Origin: a virus
Lineage: Duplodnaviria; Caudoviricetes
Length of the DNA stretch: 30,255 bases
Strand: one strand, 5' to 3'
IMG/VR virus record: IMGVR_UViG_3300037479_000429
Location: 1 to 30,255 of that record
The translations under genes and the position numbers were made by a program. Under the pieces are notes generated by a model that did no database searches, was not told where the DNA came from, and was given only the letters and a program-made list of their open reading frames with translations. Of the stretch, positions 16,040-24,378 are shown in pieces. Position 1 is the stretch's first letter; every line of letters starts with the position of its first letter.

Positions 16040-16381
16040 CTACTCCAGGCCAATTTGTGGCGTGGCGGGCGGTGTATCCCGCTCGACGGTGACGCTGTTG
16101 GACAGGGCGCTGACACCCCCTGGGCCGATGGTGTAGACACGCCAGAGGGATTGACCGCCGAAAGCGGGGATCTGCTCGAAGAACGGCTGTCCGGCAATGC
16201 CCTGTCGAACCGTGACGCCATCCGGCTCGGGCGCCGGCTTACCGAGGGGATGATCGATGGGCGCCGCGCCGGGCGGCGTCTCGACGCGCACGACGACCGA
16301 GGTCACCCGCGGGGTCGTCCCATCGGCCTGAAACGCGCTGTAATCCGCGATGTTCATGACTAGGACAGAAGGATTGAGCAT
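16040..16381 (-). CDS. Hypothetical beta-sandwich (FN3-like) protein
   Basis: GAGGT SD before ATG 16381; GVSALSNSVTV resembles an FN3 terminal strand. Confidence 0.6.
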   Translation of the reverse strand: MLNPSVLVMNIADYSAFQADGTTPRVTSVVVRVETPPGAAPIDHPLGKPAPEPDGVTVRQGIAGQPFFEQIPAFGGQSLWRVYTIGPGGVSALSNSVTVERDTPPATPQIGLE

Positions 16382-16421
16382 AGTCGGTACCTCAATGAGC
16401 GGCGTGGCGAGATCGGTCTCC

Positions 16422-16430
16422 ATTGTAACA
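16422..16430 (-). promoter_or_regulatory. Extended -10 promoter TGtTACAAT
   Basis: Near-consensus extended -10 in an AT-rich gap after the fibre gene stop. Confidence 0.5.
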
Positions 16431-16446
16431 TGATCAAACGGCCCCG

Positions 16447-17952
16447 CTAGGCGACCACCCCACGCGCCCGGAGGTCGCCAATCAACGTCCCCAGCACATC
16501 GGCCAGCTCATCGAGGGTGGTGGCATTCGCGTCATAGGCGCGGTCCGTCGTCACGTTGGTTTCGGTGTAGGTTTGCGGCGCCGGGAAGGTGAGGCGGGTG
16601 GACTCATTCGCTTCGTTGATGGCATACAAGTTCGTCGTCCCGCTCACGTCGTTGGCATAGATCCCGGCGGTGTTCGTGCCCATCGTCCCAGGGGCGGTGC
16701 CATCGACCCACACCATCACCGACGTGCCGCTGCCCGGGAAGGCCGACGTGCCGATTCCGTAACGATGATTCGCCAGATCTCCGTAGAGGGAATTGCCCAG
16801 GGAGAGTTGATTGCTGCCGTTGGCCGGGAGATCGGCGAGATAACCAATGGCGATGTTGGCACTTCCATCGGTGATCGCCGATCCCGCCTGATAGCCGACG
16901 GCCACATTCTGTTCCCCGGAGGTGATGAACAGAAGCGAGCGCCGTCCGATCGCGACATTGCGTTGGCCGGTGCCGCTCGCGGATCCTACGCCAAACGCGG
17001 CCTGTCCTACGACGGTATTGCTCTCGCCGGTGGCATACAAGCCGGCGGACGCGCCCACATACACACAGTCACCCGCCGTCGTGTGGGAGAGTCCAGCCTG
17101 AAGACCAATCATGACATTATTCGTGCCACTCGTCAGGGCCCCGCCCGCCTGTGTACCGATCCCAATGTTTCCGTTCCCGGTGGCCCCGGTGCCTCCGGCG
17201 TCCGATCCAATAAACACACAATGCGACAACGTCGATCCATACGCCGCACCCGCCCACGCCCCGATCATGACGTTCGAGGATCCGGTCGTAATCCCCGCTC
17301 CGGCCTCGGCGCCCACGTAGACCGAAAACCCGCCGCTCGTAACTTGATACCCCGCCTTTAGCCCAATGAAGAGCCCCCGACTCCCCGTGAAGTCCCGCCC
17401 CGCGAGCGAGCCGATACACGTATTCGCCTCCCCCGTGGTGAAGGAGCGGCCGGCCTGGGCGCCGATACAGGTATTCCCGTCGCCGGTCGTGTTCGCCTCA
17501 CCGGCGTTATAGCCGATATACGTATTCGGGCCTTGACTCTCGCTCGTCCCCACAAAGTTCGTGCCGGCCTGGGTGCCGATGAAGGTATGAAAATCCGTGG
17601 TAAACAGCGCATCGCCGGCGAAGGTCCCCACCACGGTGACCGCCCCGGCCGTCATGAGACGGCCCGCGTCTACGCCGATGCAGGTCGAGTTATTCGCGGT
17701 CGTCAACGCCGCGCCCGCATTCGATCCGATCAGGGTATGCCGGGCGCCGGTCGTCAACGCCGCGCCCGCTCCCGTCCCGAGGAGCAACGATTGACTGGTC
17801 GGCTCGGCGAGATACCCCACGCCCTTGAGCGTATCGGCGTCCACCCACACGGCGACCTGATTGGCCGTGGGCGTGCCGCTGACATCAATCCCGCCGCCTC
17901 CCGCCTCCGTCCAATCAAGCGTCCCGGTGAAGGGATTGAAGACCCAGGGCAT
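16447..17952 (-). CDS. Trimeric fibre/adhesin with Gly-rich beta-roll repeats
   Basis: N-terminal FNPFTG; many TTGxxNxxIGxxAG repeats of about 17 aa; C-terminal ELADVLGTLIGDLRARG helix. Confidence 0.8.
   Translation of the reverse strand: MPWVFNPFTGTLDWTEAGGGGIDVSGTPTANQVAVWVDADTLKGVGYLAEPTSQSLLLGTGAGAALTTGARHTLIGSNAGAALTTANNSTCIGVDAGRLMTAGAVTVVGTFAGDALFTTDFHTFIGTQAGTNFVGTSESQGPNTYIGYNAGEANTTGDGNTCIGAQAGRSFTTGEANTCIGSLAGRDFTGSRGLFIGLKAGYQVTSGGFSVYVGAEAGAGITTGSSNVMIGAWAGAAYGSTLSHCVFIGSDAGGTGATGNGNIGIGTQAGGALTSGTNNVMIGLQAGLSHTTAGDCVYVGASAGLYATGESNTVVGQAAFGVGSASGTGQRNVAIGRRSLLFITSGEQNVAVGYQAGSAITDGSANIAIGYLADLPANGSNQLSLGNSLYGDLANHRYGIGTSAFPGSGTSVMVWVDGTAPGTMGTNTAGIYANDVSGTTNLYAINEANESTRLTFPAPQTYTETNVTTDRAYDANATTLDELADVLGTLIGDLRARGVVA
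17697..17769. repeat. 22-bp direct repeat, 51-nt period, inside the fibre gene
   Basis: CGGTCGTCAACGCCGCGCCCGC at 17697-17718 and 17748-17769 (AGAALTT twice). Confidence 0.85.
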
Positions 17953-18278
17953 TAGGTCTTGACCACGGCGGTGAGGGTGGATCCGGTATAACTCAGCGTG
18001 AGCGTCGCGACGGTCGTCCCGCCCAACCCACCCGTCTTATACACCACCCCGGTGAGATTCGAACCCGTGTAGGACAAACTGATGGCATCGTGGGCCGGGA
18101 TCTCCAACCCCACCAGATTGGCCAAATGGGCGTTGCTGATGTCCTGCTTGGCGCTGGTCGCCAGCGTGCCCGGATTAATGGAGAGGGTCCCGCCTTCGAT
18201 GACGGGCTGTTGCATCCGCTCCCAGTCCAGGGTGGCGATGTCCCAGACGCGGTTGAGGACCGTATCGCGCTGGGCCAT
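17952..18278 (-). CDS. Small virion structural protein (fibre-associated)
   Basis: DAISLSYTGSNLTGVVYKTGG..VATLTLSYTGS motif; TAATG-coupled to the fibre gene. Confidence 0.7.
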   Translation of the reverse strand: MAQRDTVLNRVWDIATLDWERMQQPVIEGGTLSINPGTLATSAKQDISNAHLANLVGLEIPAHDAISLSYTGSNLTGVVYKTGGLGGTTVATLTLSYTGSTLTAVVKT

Positions 18279-18282
18279 CGGA

Positions 18283-18510
18283 CTAGACCTGTGACTTTAA
18301 CTCAAACAGAAATTGCTCAACCGCGGCTTTGACGGCCGCCAACACTGTCGCCTTGGTGCGGAACAGTCCGATCGGGCGCGTGGACAGGGCCTCGATGAGC
18401 GACGCCACAAATTCACGCTCGACGCGCAAGCCAGGTTCCCACGCCTTGATGGACTCGACCACCTGTCCGTCCCGGCGGGTCACGACCTGGATGAGATAAT
18501 CGGAGGGCAT
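18283..18510 (-). CDS. Hypothetical protein (75 aa)
   Basis: TGATG overlap; MPSDYLIQVV... Confidence 0.6.
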   Translation of the reverse strand: MPSDYLIQVVTRRDGQVVESIKAWEPGLRVEREFVASLIEALSTRPIGLFRTKATVLAAVKAAVEQFLFELKSQV

Positions 18511-18890
18511 CAGGCGGGGGCCGCCACCCCGGTCAGTTTCTGATACCCTTCCCACACCAGCGAGCCGGCTAGGCCCGCCGCACTGACGTTCATGACGAGA
18601 TTCTTCCCTTCGGTCAACGGACGCCCCTCCGGTCCAAAATCCAGCTCATGTCGGCTGTTGGCGCCGGGCGAGGCGGAGATCCCCCCCAACAGAATCGGCG
18701 TGCCGGCCGAGTCCTCAAAGGAGATCGATTGCGCGGCGTCGGTGGTGATGACCATATAAATCCGCTGGACATAAATGGTATGATTCGCCTTGGCCGTCAC
18801 GAGCGTCGTGTCGCCCGTGGTGGTCAGTACCGTTAAGGTACCACTGATGTCCTCGTAAATCGTGCGGTGACGATCGTAGGCGTACGACAT
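18510..18890 (-). CDS. Small beta-sandwich virion protein
   Basis: Thr/Gly-rich beta pattern, LDFGPEG; GAGG SD. Confidence 0.7.
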   Translation of the reverse strand: MSYAYDRHRTIYEDISGTLTVLTTTGDTTLVTAKANHTIYVQRIYMVITTDAAQSISFEDSAGTPILLGGISASPGANSRHELDFGPEGRPLTEGKNLVMNVSAAGLAGSLVWEGYQKLTGVAAPA

Positions 18891-18900
18891 GATCAGGGCC

Positions 18901-19092
18901 TCATGATGGGTGATGCAAGGCGCGCAGGGACGGAGCCATCCCCTTCAGGGACGTCCCCCGCGCCGCTGCCCGCTGGAAGGTGGACGTGCCGTATTTCTTG
19001 CGGCCGATCGACGCCGCCAACGCACCGGGGTTCCGAACATCCCCACGGGCGGCCAATTGTCCTTTGAGTTTCTCGAATCCCACGTAGGCCAT
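18901..19092 (-). CDS. Small basic phage protein
   Basis: NPGALAASIGRKKYG motif, recalled from phage head-region proteins; GAGGAG SD. Confidence 0.7.
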   Translation of the reverse strand: MAYVGFEKLKGQLAARGDVRNPGALAASIGRKKYGTSTFQRAAARGTSLKGMAPSLRALHHPS

Positions 19093-19095
19093 CGG

Positions 19096-19413
19096 TTACT
19101 CCTCCCCCACAAACCGATCGTACACATCCAACCACGACTCGGGCAGTCGATGCTGCTGACTCCGTTGGGTGAGTGCGTCACGAATCAGCGCCATCGCGGT
19201 CAGTCCGATCGGCACGTCTTTCTGGAGGGTCTGGGTATCATCCCACAACACCATCCCGGAGGCTGCATCGACCCGCATCTGCCACTGCCGTTGCTCCGCT
19301 TCGGTAAAGAGGAGATCCCGTCGAAGCCGTCGAACCAATCGGAGCGTCGCGCTGCTCCCCTCCCGAGGCAGCAAGGCCAACAGCACGAGACGCTCCCCAA
19401 TCGACAACTCCAC
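19096..19413 (-). CDS. Hypothetical protein, possible fibre assembly chaperone
   Basis: LSIGERLVLLALLPREG..LLFTEAE..LW..VYDRF; GTG start after a GGAGGAGGAGGAGG run; follows the beta-helix gene. Confidence 0.7.
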   Translation of the reverse strand: MELSIGERLVLLALLPREGSSATLRLVRRLRRDLLFTEAEQRQWQMRVDAASGMVLWDDTQTLQKDVPIGLTAMALIRDALTQRSQQHRLPESWLDVYDRFVGEE

Positions 19414-19452
19414 GAGGGGTACCTCCTCCTCCTCCGCCTCACCGCTCGCGTA

Positions 19453-20379
19453 TTAGGACGGTCGCGCTGTGCTCCATCCGGCCTCGGTGGCGTTGGAGAC
19501 CCACTTAATACCCGTGGCAATGGTCAACACCGAAGCGGCGTTGGTGGCCGTCGCGAAGCGGTTGCCTGAAAAGATTCCGGTATCGCCCGAGCGATCCACC
19601 TTCACATAATCGGTGGGGGCCGTCCCATCTTCCAGGTTGTCGAACACGCAATCCGTGACGTGCAGATTGAGGACGCCCCCACCCGAGGCCAAGCCGAGAC
19701 CGGCGGTGGTGAGGTTGTGGAACCGACAGGCGTCGATAAAGATCTGCGTGGGGTAGCCATAGGCGGAGTCGTCAAACTGCACGCCGGTGCCCGCCCACGC
19801 AAATTCGCAGTCTCGGAACAGGGCATCGCCCACCTGCCCCGTGGCGGTCCCATTGAGCAGGACCGCGGGACCCGTCCCGGAGCCCAACTCAAACTTGCAG
19901 CCAAAGGCGCGGAAGCGTGAGACATCGTTCACATTCAGGGCGTAATCGGCCGTGTCATCTCCATCGATCCCAAGATTGATGAGGGTCACGTCATCGACGC
20001 CGGTGATCTGCATGCCTTCGGCGCCCGCCGCGGAGGGTTCGATAAAGGCCGCCCCGCGACCTCCGAGCCCGATGAAGGTCAGTTTGGCCACATTGACGGT
20101 GACGGTTTCGTCATACGACCCCGGCGCGATGAGAATCACGTCGCCCGGACTGGAGGCCGATTCGGCCGCCTGGATCGTCGCATAGATGTCATTCGTCGAG
20201 GAGGATTCGGCGGGATCCACCACCCGCACCGTGCCAAACGTCAGCGGACCCCCGACAGGAAACGCTCCGCCCGCGCCATTGATGTAAAGCTGCCCGTTGA
20301 CATACCCAATCCCCGCCGCGTTGGGCAGGTTGCGGACGTCGCCGACGGATGAAAACTTGTGAAGAAAGCGAGTCGCCAT
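19453..20379 (-). CDS. Right-handed parallel beta-helix (pectin-lyase-like) virion protein
   Basis: YATIQAA..PGDVILIAPGSYDETV cap, then repeated xxCxF/NxF rungs; AAAGGA SD. Confidence 0.8.
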   Translation of the reverse strand: MATRFLHKFSSVGDVRNLPNAAGIGYVNGQLYINGAGGAFPVGGPLTFGTVRVVDPAESSSTNDIYATIQAAESASSPGDVILIAPGSYDETVTVNVAKLTFIGLGGRGAAFIEPSAAGAEGMQITGVDDVTLINLGIDGDDTADYALNVNDVSRFRAFGCKFELGSGTGPAVLLNGTATGQVGDALFRDCEFAWAGTGVQFDDSAYGYPTQIFIDACRFHNLTTAGLGLASGGGVLNLHVTDCVFDNLEDGTAPTDYVKVDRSGDTGIFSGNRFATATNAASVLTIATGIKWVSNATEAGWSTARPS

Positions 20380-20397
20380 GATGAGGTCCTTTCTGAG

Positions 20398-20429
20398 CGA
20401 AGACGGGGAGCCTCAACCCCCCGTCCTCG
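20398..20429 (-). terminator. GC-rich intergenic stem-loop
   Basis: CGAGGACGGGGGG-TTGAGG-CTCCCCGTCTTCG after stop 20441; no strong U-tract. Confidence 0.5.
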
Positions 20430-20440
20430 GATGATGCCAC

Positions 20441-20914
20441 TTACGCCCCGACGAGGAGAAAGCCGTCCGGTCCGTCTCCTGAGGTCGAGGGGGTCGTGCC
20501 GTTGAAGCCCGCGAGAGTCGTGTACGACCCATGCACCAGCCCGGCCGAGAAGGGCAACCCATTCGGGTAGAACAGCACCACCTCATCGCCGGACTCGAAC
20601 AGCCCAAGCGAGAAGGCGGCGTCGGCCGCCGTCGAATCATCGGTCGCATCATTGAAGGCGTTGTAGAAGGCATCCGTGCCGGTCGCCTGTTTCTTGGCGT
20701 ACACGGCATAGATCTGAATCGCGCCATCGAGCGGATTGGTATCGGCGGTCAGGTTGGCGAAGTCGATCTTCTGCAACTGTACCCCTGGCTTGTGGCCGGC
20801 CATCCAGGTGATGAACGCGCGAAACGCCGCCTGGGCAAACGGGTTCGCGTTGCGCAGCGAGATTTCGGTCCGCTGCTTGGTGAGGACGAGATCTTCGACA
20901 GACAGTGACGCCAT
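20441..20914 (-). CDS. Putative capsid decoration protein
   Basis: Small beta protein, YPNGLPFSAGL motif; downstream of the capsid gene; AGGAG SD. Confidence 0.65.
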   Translation of the reverse strand: MASLSVEDLVLTKQRTEISLRNANPFAQAAFRAFITWMAGHKPGVQLQKIDFANLTADTNPLDGAIQIYAVYAKKQATGTDAFYNAFNDATDDSTAADAAFSLGLFESGDEVVLFYPNGLPFSAGLVHGSYTTLAGFNGTTPSTSGDGPDGFLLVGA

Positions 20915-20918
20915 GATG

Positions 20919-21560
20919 TTAAACTCCTGCGAACGCCTGCACGTCTGACGGCGTCTCAGCCGCCCCTGCAGGGGTCGCGTCCGGCATGGACGATGCCGAC
21001 GTCGCGGGGGCCGGCGCCGCGATGGTCGGCCGGGAACGTTCCCCGGTGAGATATTGCTTCAAACGCCACGCTTCTCCGCTGGCGTGCCAGAGGTCCTCAC
21101 GGACGGACTGATTCAACTTCGTTCGTGCCGCCGCGTCCGCTTCATCGATGAGGCGCGTGTATTTCGTGACGCCTCCGTTGAGGAAGGCGATCTTCAAATC
21201 ATCCGTGGTCATGGGTCGACCGTTAATCGCCCAGGTATCTCGGGCGGCCAGCTCCTGACACAAATAGAGCAGGAGTCCCTCGGTCAACCCCTCCGTGGAC
21301 GCAAACCAGGTAACGGACAGCAGATGATGGGCACGGAGGAGCGCACTATCCGCGTCGAGGTCGATCGGAAGCGTCGAGGGAACGTCGGCGGTGAGGGTCC
21401 GACGCCGCGCCAACAGATACACCGGACGGATCCGACTTGGGAGAACGACCAGATCGGGATCGAAGGCCGCCAGCCCACGCAGCCACCACGCCGACGGCGC
21501 CGGGAGGTGGAAGGGATTACGATCCGGGATATAGGAACGGTGTCCGTCAATCTGCGGCAT
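20919..21560 (-). CDS. Hypothetical protein
   Basis: Operon packing; NPFHLPAPSAWWL..FDPDLVVLPS. Confidence 0.7.
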   Translation of the reverse strand: MPQIDGHRSYIPDRNPFHLPAPSAWWLRGLAAFDPDLVVLPSRIRPVYLLARRRTLTADVPSTLPIDLDADSALLRAHHLLSVTWFASTEGLTEGLLLYLCQELAARDTWAINGRPMTTDDLKIAFLNGGVTKYTRLIDEADAAARTKLNQSVREDLWHASGEAWRLKQYLTGERSRPTIAAPAPATSASSMPDATPAGAAETPSDVQAFAGV

Positions 21561-21939
21561 GAAGAATATCCGCCATCATGTCCAATGCGGTTTCCCGCGC
21601 ATCGAAATCCGTCGCGGCGCCGACGTCAATGACGGCCACGGCCTGCGCGTAGGGGGCCAGCTTGCTGCGATCGATCACTTCCGGTTTCGTGGATTGCTGT
21701 AGGGGCGTGCAGGGCCACTTTTTGTCTCCCTTGATCCCAAAGAGACTCACGAAATGACTCGGATTGTTCGGATGCTGGCTGCCCATCTGCTTGTTCTGCA
21801 GAATAGCGGCCAACGCCACGTCGCGGGGACAATTCGCCGTCTCGCCCGGGGGGAGGGTGTAATCAATCCCATCCCATTTACAGGATCGCGTCTCCGGCGT
21901 GCGATTGACGAGTGTAACGGTATCGGCAAACAAGCCCAT
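21547..21939 (-). CDS. Hypothetical head-associated protein
   Basis: GGGAGG SD before ATG 21939; WDGIDYTLPPG. Confidence 0.7.
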   Translation of the reverse strand: MGLFADTVTLVNRTPETRSCKWDGIDYTLPPGETANCPRDVALAAILQNKQMGSQHPNNPSHFVSLFGIKGDKKWPCTPLQQSTKPEVIDRSKLAPYAQAVAVIDVGAATDFDARETALDMMADILHAAD

Positions 21940-21970
21940 CAAAAACCTCCCACCCACACGACAACGGGGG

Positions 21971-21995
21971 CCCGGGGCGGGAGTCCCGCCCCAGG
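21971..21995 (-). terminator. Stem-loop downstream of the major capsid gene
   Basis: CCTGGGGCGGGA-C-TCCCGCCCCGGG inverted repeat 10 nt after stop; weak U-tract. Confidence 0.55.
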
Positions 21996-22005
21996 CATTC
22001 TCGTC

Positions 22006-23313
22006 TTACTCCCCACGAACGATCACGAGCGTCTGTCCCGTCAGGCCATCCAACCGGGCGGCCTTGCCGGGATTGCGGACGAACAGGTTGTAGCGCTTGA
22101 CATACCAAGCTTCCCAAGCGTGTTTGGCGTTGGTGCCCGTCCCGTCGCGGACCAAAATCTCGCCACTGGTGCCCGCCACCCAAGAGCCCTTGTCACTGGT
22201 GTAGCGCACGCAGTCACACCCGGCGCGATCCACGAGGAACATGGTCGCGAAGGGGGCGGTGCGCAGCGCTTTGACGGCCACCGATCCCATCGTCACGTCT
22301 CCCTGTTTGAAGGCTTTGGTGCCGCCATCGGGATTCATGCGGGCCGGTTCGTCGGCATACCGCCGATCGGCTTCCGTGAGGGTGAGATAGACGCGACGCA
22401 CGGAGTGATGACACCAGATGTCGCTGATCTCCCCGCCAAGCTTCTGATTGACGATGTCACTCACCCGCTGCAGGAGATCGAACGACAACGCCCTAGTGGA
22501 GGCGGAGACGTACGAGGCGTAGTTGGGGTAGGTCGTACGACTCACCCCATAGTAGTTCGCCCGATACGTGCCGTCGTCGAACAGCGCCGTCAAGCCCCAC
22601 GGGGCCTTCTCGTACGCGGTGTCCTGCACGTCGGTCACCGACCCGTTGGCCGCCTGGACGATGTAATCGTTTTCCGTCCAGGACGGATCGGCCGAGACGG
22701 TGATGTTGGATCCGTCCGCGTTGACGGCCGTCACCTGCGGGGTGTTCGCGCGAATCGCCCCGTTGGCCGGGTTGATCGCCGCCAGATACATCCCCTTCTT
22801 GATGAACCGGTTACCAAAATCGTTGCCGGTCACCCCTCCCGGGGCATCCAGTTCCAGCGTGGTACCCGAGGAGCCACTGTCGAGCAGCGCGAAGACGCCC
22901 CGTCCGTCGGTGCCCAGGTAGAACTCCTCGCGATACGCGATGTCGTCGATGAGCCGCTCCATGTTCTCGGTCCGGGTCGAGCGATACGCGCCCTCCCGCG
23001 ACTGGGTGTCCTTGAGCTGCTCGTCGGTCGTCCGCCAGCGCGCCGCGATCTTCCGCTGCGTGATGAAGCCCGTCACGTACTTCTGATTGTCCGCCACCGG
23101 GAGGGCCGAATCCTCGCCGACGGCCATCGGCGACTGATTCCGCTCGATGTGCGCCGACCACTCCAGCCCCCGTCCGCCATTCCACGGCGAATCCTTGACC
23201 TTGAAGGCGTCCTTGAGGGGGAACTTGTTCAAGACCCCTTCGGCAATGCGGTCCTCGTAAACCGTTTTGAGCAGGCCGTCTTCGACGGCCGTGTTCGATC
23301 CAGGTCCAGCCAT
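22006..23313 (-). CDS. Major capsid protein
   Basis: 435 aa after the scaffold; LLKTVY, GEDSALP, GTDGRG, PWGLTAL..YYGVSR, NPGKAARLDGL; strong GC3 bias; AGGAG SD; followed by a hairpin. Confidence 0.85.
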   Translation of the reverse strand: MAGPGSNTAVEDGLLKTVYEDRIAEGVLNKFPLKDAFKVKDSPWNGGRGLEWSAHIERNQSPMAVGEDSALPVADNQKYVTGFITQRKIAARWRTTDEQLKDTQSREGAYRSTRTENMERLIDDIAYREEFYLGTDGRGVFALLDSGSSGTTLELDAPGGVTGNDFGNRFIKKGMYLAAINPANGAIRANTPQVTAVNADGSNITVSADPSWTENDYIVQAANGSVTDVQDTAYEKAPWGLTALFDDGTYRANYYGVSRTTYPNYASYVSASTRALSFDLLQRVSDIVNQKLGGEISDIWCHHSVRRVYLTLTEADRRYADEPARMNPDGGTKAFKQGDVTMGSVAVKALRTAPFATMFLVDRAGCDCVRYTSDKGSWVAGTSGEILVRDGTGTNAKHAWEAWYVKRYNLFVRNPGKAARLDGLTGQTLVIVRGE

Positions 23314-23333
23314 GCGCTACTCCTACGCCCTCC

Positions 23334-24185
23334 CTACCAACGGCCCGCCGGTTCGGTCTCGGGCATGGCGCCATGTTCTTTCAAATACGCGATGGCGTCA
23401 TCCTCGGCGGCTTGGCGGGCTTCGTCGTGGGTCATCTTGGCGTAATCACGTTTGGGTTTTTGGGTCACCACCGGCTGCGATGGGCCACTGCGGGGCACCC
23501 GCGCTTGCGCGGGACGGGTGAGCGACGCGGCGGCGCTCCGTCGAATCGGGGTGAGATGATGCTCGGTATACCGCTGGAGAAACTCATCAATGAGGGTGGG
23601 ATCCTCCGCTTCGTACCGTCGGCGAAACCCGTCGAGATCGGGCTGAACCCGCGCCCACCGTCGAAACATGTCGTGAATGTCTTCCGCCATCTCGGGGTTC
23701 ATGGTCTCCAACCCGAGCAGGTCTTGCACCCGCTGGGTGACCTGATGGAGCGTCCGATCGCGGAGGCGGTCCCATTGATACGTCGTCGCCGCGTCATACT
23801 CCCCGGCGCGCTCCGCGAGGGCCGTAAGGCGATCCATCAGCTCAGGCGTCAACCCACGCAAATGGGCAAACCGGGGAAGGGCGAAAAACGCCTCCGCGTA
23901 GCGATCCTGGTCCTCCTGATCCGGAGTCTTCGGAGTCGCCCCCACCAACGCCGCGAGCCGCTGGCGTTCCTGGGCGAGTTCGGTCTGGAGGCGCGTGTAC
24001 TCGGTCGCGAGCCGATTCGTGGCCGCCTCGGCCGCCCGATATTTGTCTGGGGGGACCCAATCGTCCCGCCGTTCGGGATAACTGAACGAGGGTGGGGCCG
24101 TGGACGGCGTGGCGTCGGGCTCGGGACTGGGCGTGGGCGTCGGATCGGCGGAGGGAACAGGATCGGCAACGGGCACGTCAGACAT
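23334..24185 (-). CDS. Capsid scaffolding protein
   Basis: Pro/acidic N-terminus, WVPPDKY, coiled coil; between portal and capsid; GAGGTG SD. Confidence 0.75.
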   Translation of the reverse strand: MSDVPVADPVPSADPTPTPSPEPDATPSTAPPSFSYPERRDDWVPPDKYRAAEAATNRLATEYTRLQTELAQERQRLAALVGATPKTPDQEDQDRYAEAFFALPRFAHLRGLTPELMDRLTALAERAGEYDAATTYQWDRLRDRTLHQVTQRVQDLLGLETMNPEMAEDIHDMFRRWARVQPDLDGFRRRYEAEDPTLIDEFLQRYTEHHLTPIRRSAAASLTRPAQARVPRSGPSQPVVTQKPKRDYAKMTHDEARQAAEDDAIAYLKEHGAMPETEPAGRW

Positions 24186-24247
24186 ACAGACACCTCACCA
24201 GAAAACACGCAGTGGTACGGAATTTGCGGCTGTCACACACCGGAGAC

Positions 24248-24277
24248 AGTGTCACATATCGGGAGCGGACCTGTCAA
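24248..24277 (-). promoter_or_regulatory. sigma70-type promoter upstream of scaffold-capsid
   Basis: Perfect TTGACA (24272-24277), 18 nt, TGt-GACACT. Confidence 0.55.
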
Positions 24278-24307
24278 ATTCATCGCCGGCGTTAAGGGGT
24301 TCGGGAT

Positions 24308-24345
24308 CTCGTCGATGCCCGGGGTGCTCGTCGATGCCCGGGGTG
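24308..24345. repeat. Perfect 19-bp tandem duplication
   Basis: CTCGTCGATGCCCGGGGTG twice (24308-24326, 24327-24345). Confidence 0.95.
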
Positions 24346-24378
24346 AAGGAGTCGGGCCCGGTCGGTGCTGGGCCACGC

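Noticed and set aside
16447-17952. Fibre repeats as a diversity-generating retroelement target
   Set aside because: No reverse transcriptase and no template/variable repeat pair with adenine-specific mismatches seen
19420-19440. (GGA)n run upstream of GTG 19413
   Set aside because: Explained as an extended Shine-Dalgarno sequence
21754-23445. 563-aa + strand ORF
   Set aside because: Antisense shadow of the GC3-biased capsid gene; no motifs or SD
24308-24345. Repeat as a CRISPR mini-array
   Set aside because: Two adjacent copies with no spacer; no cas genes
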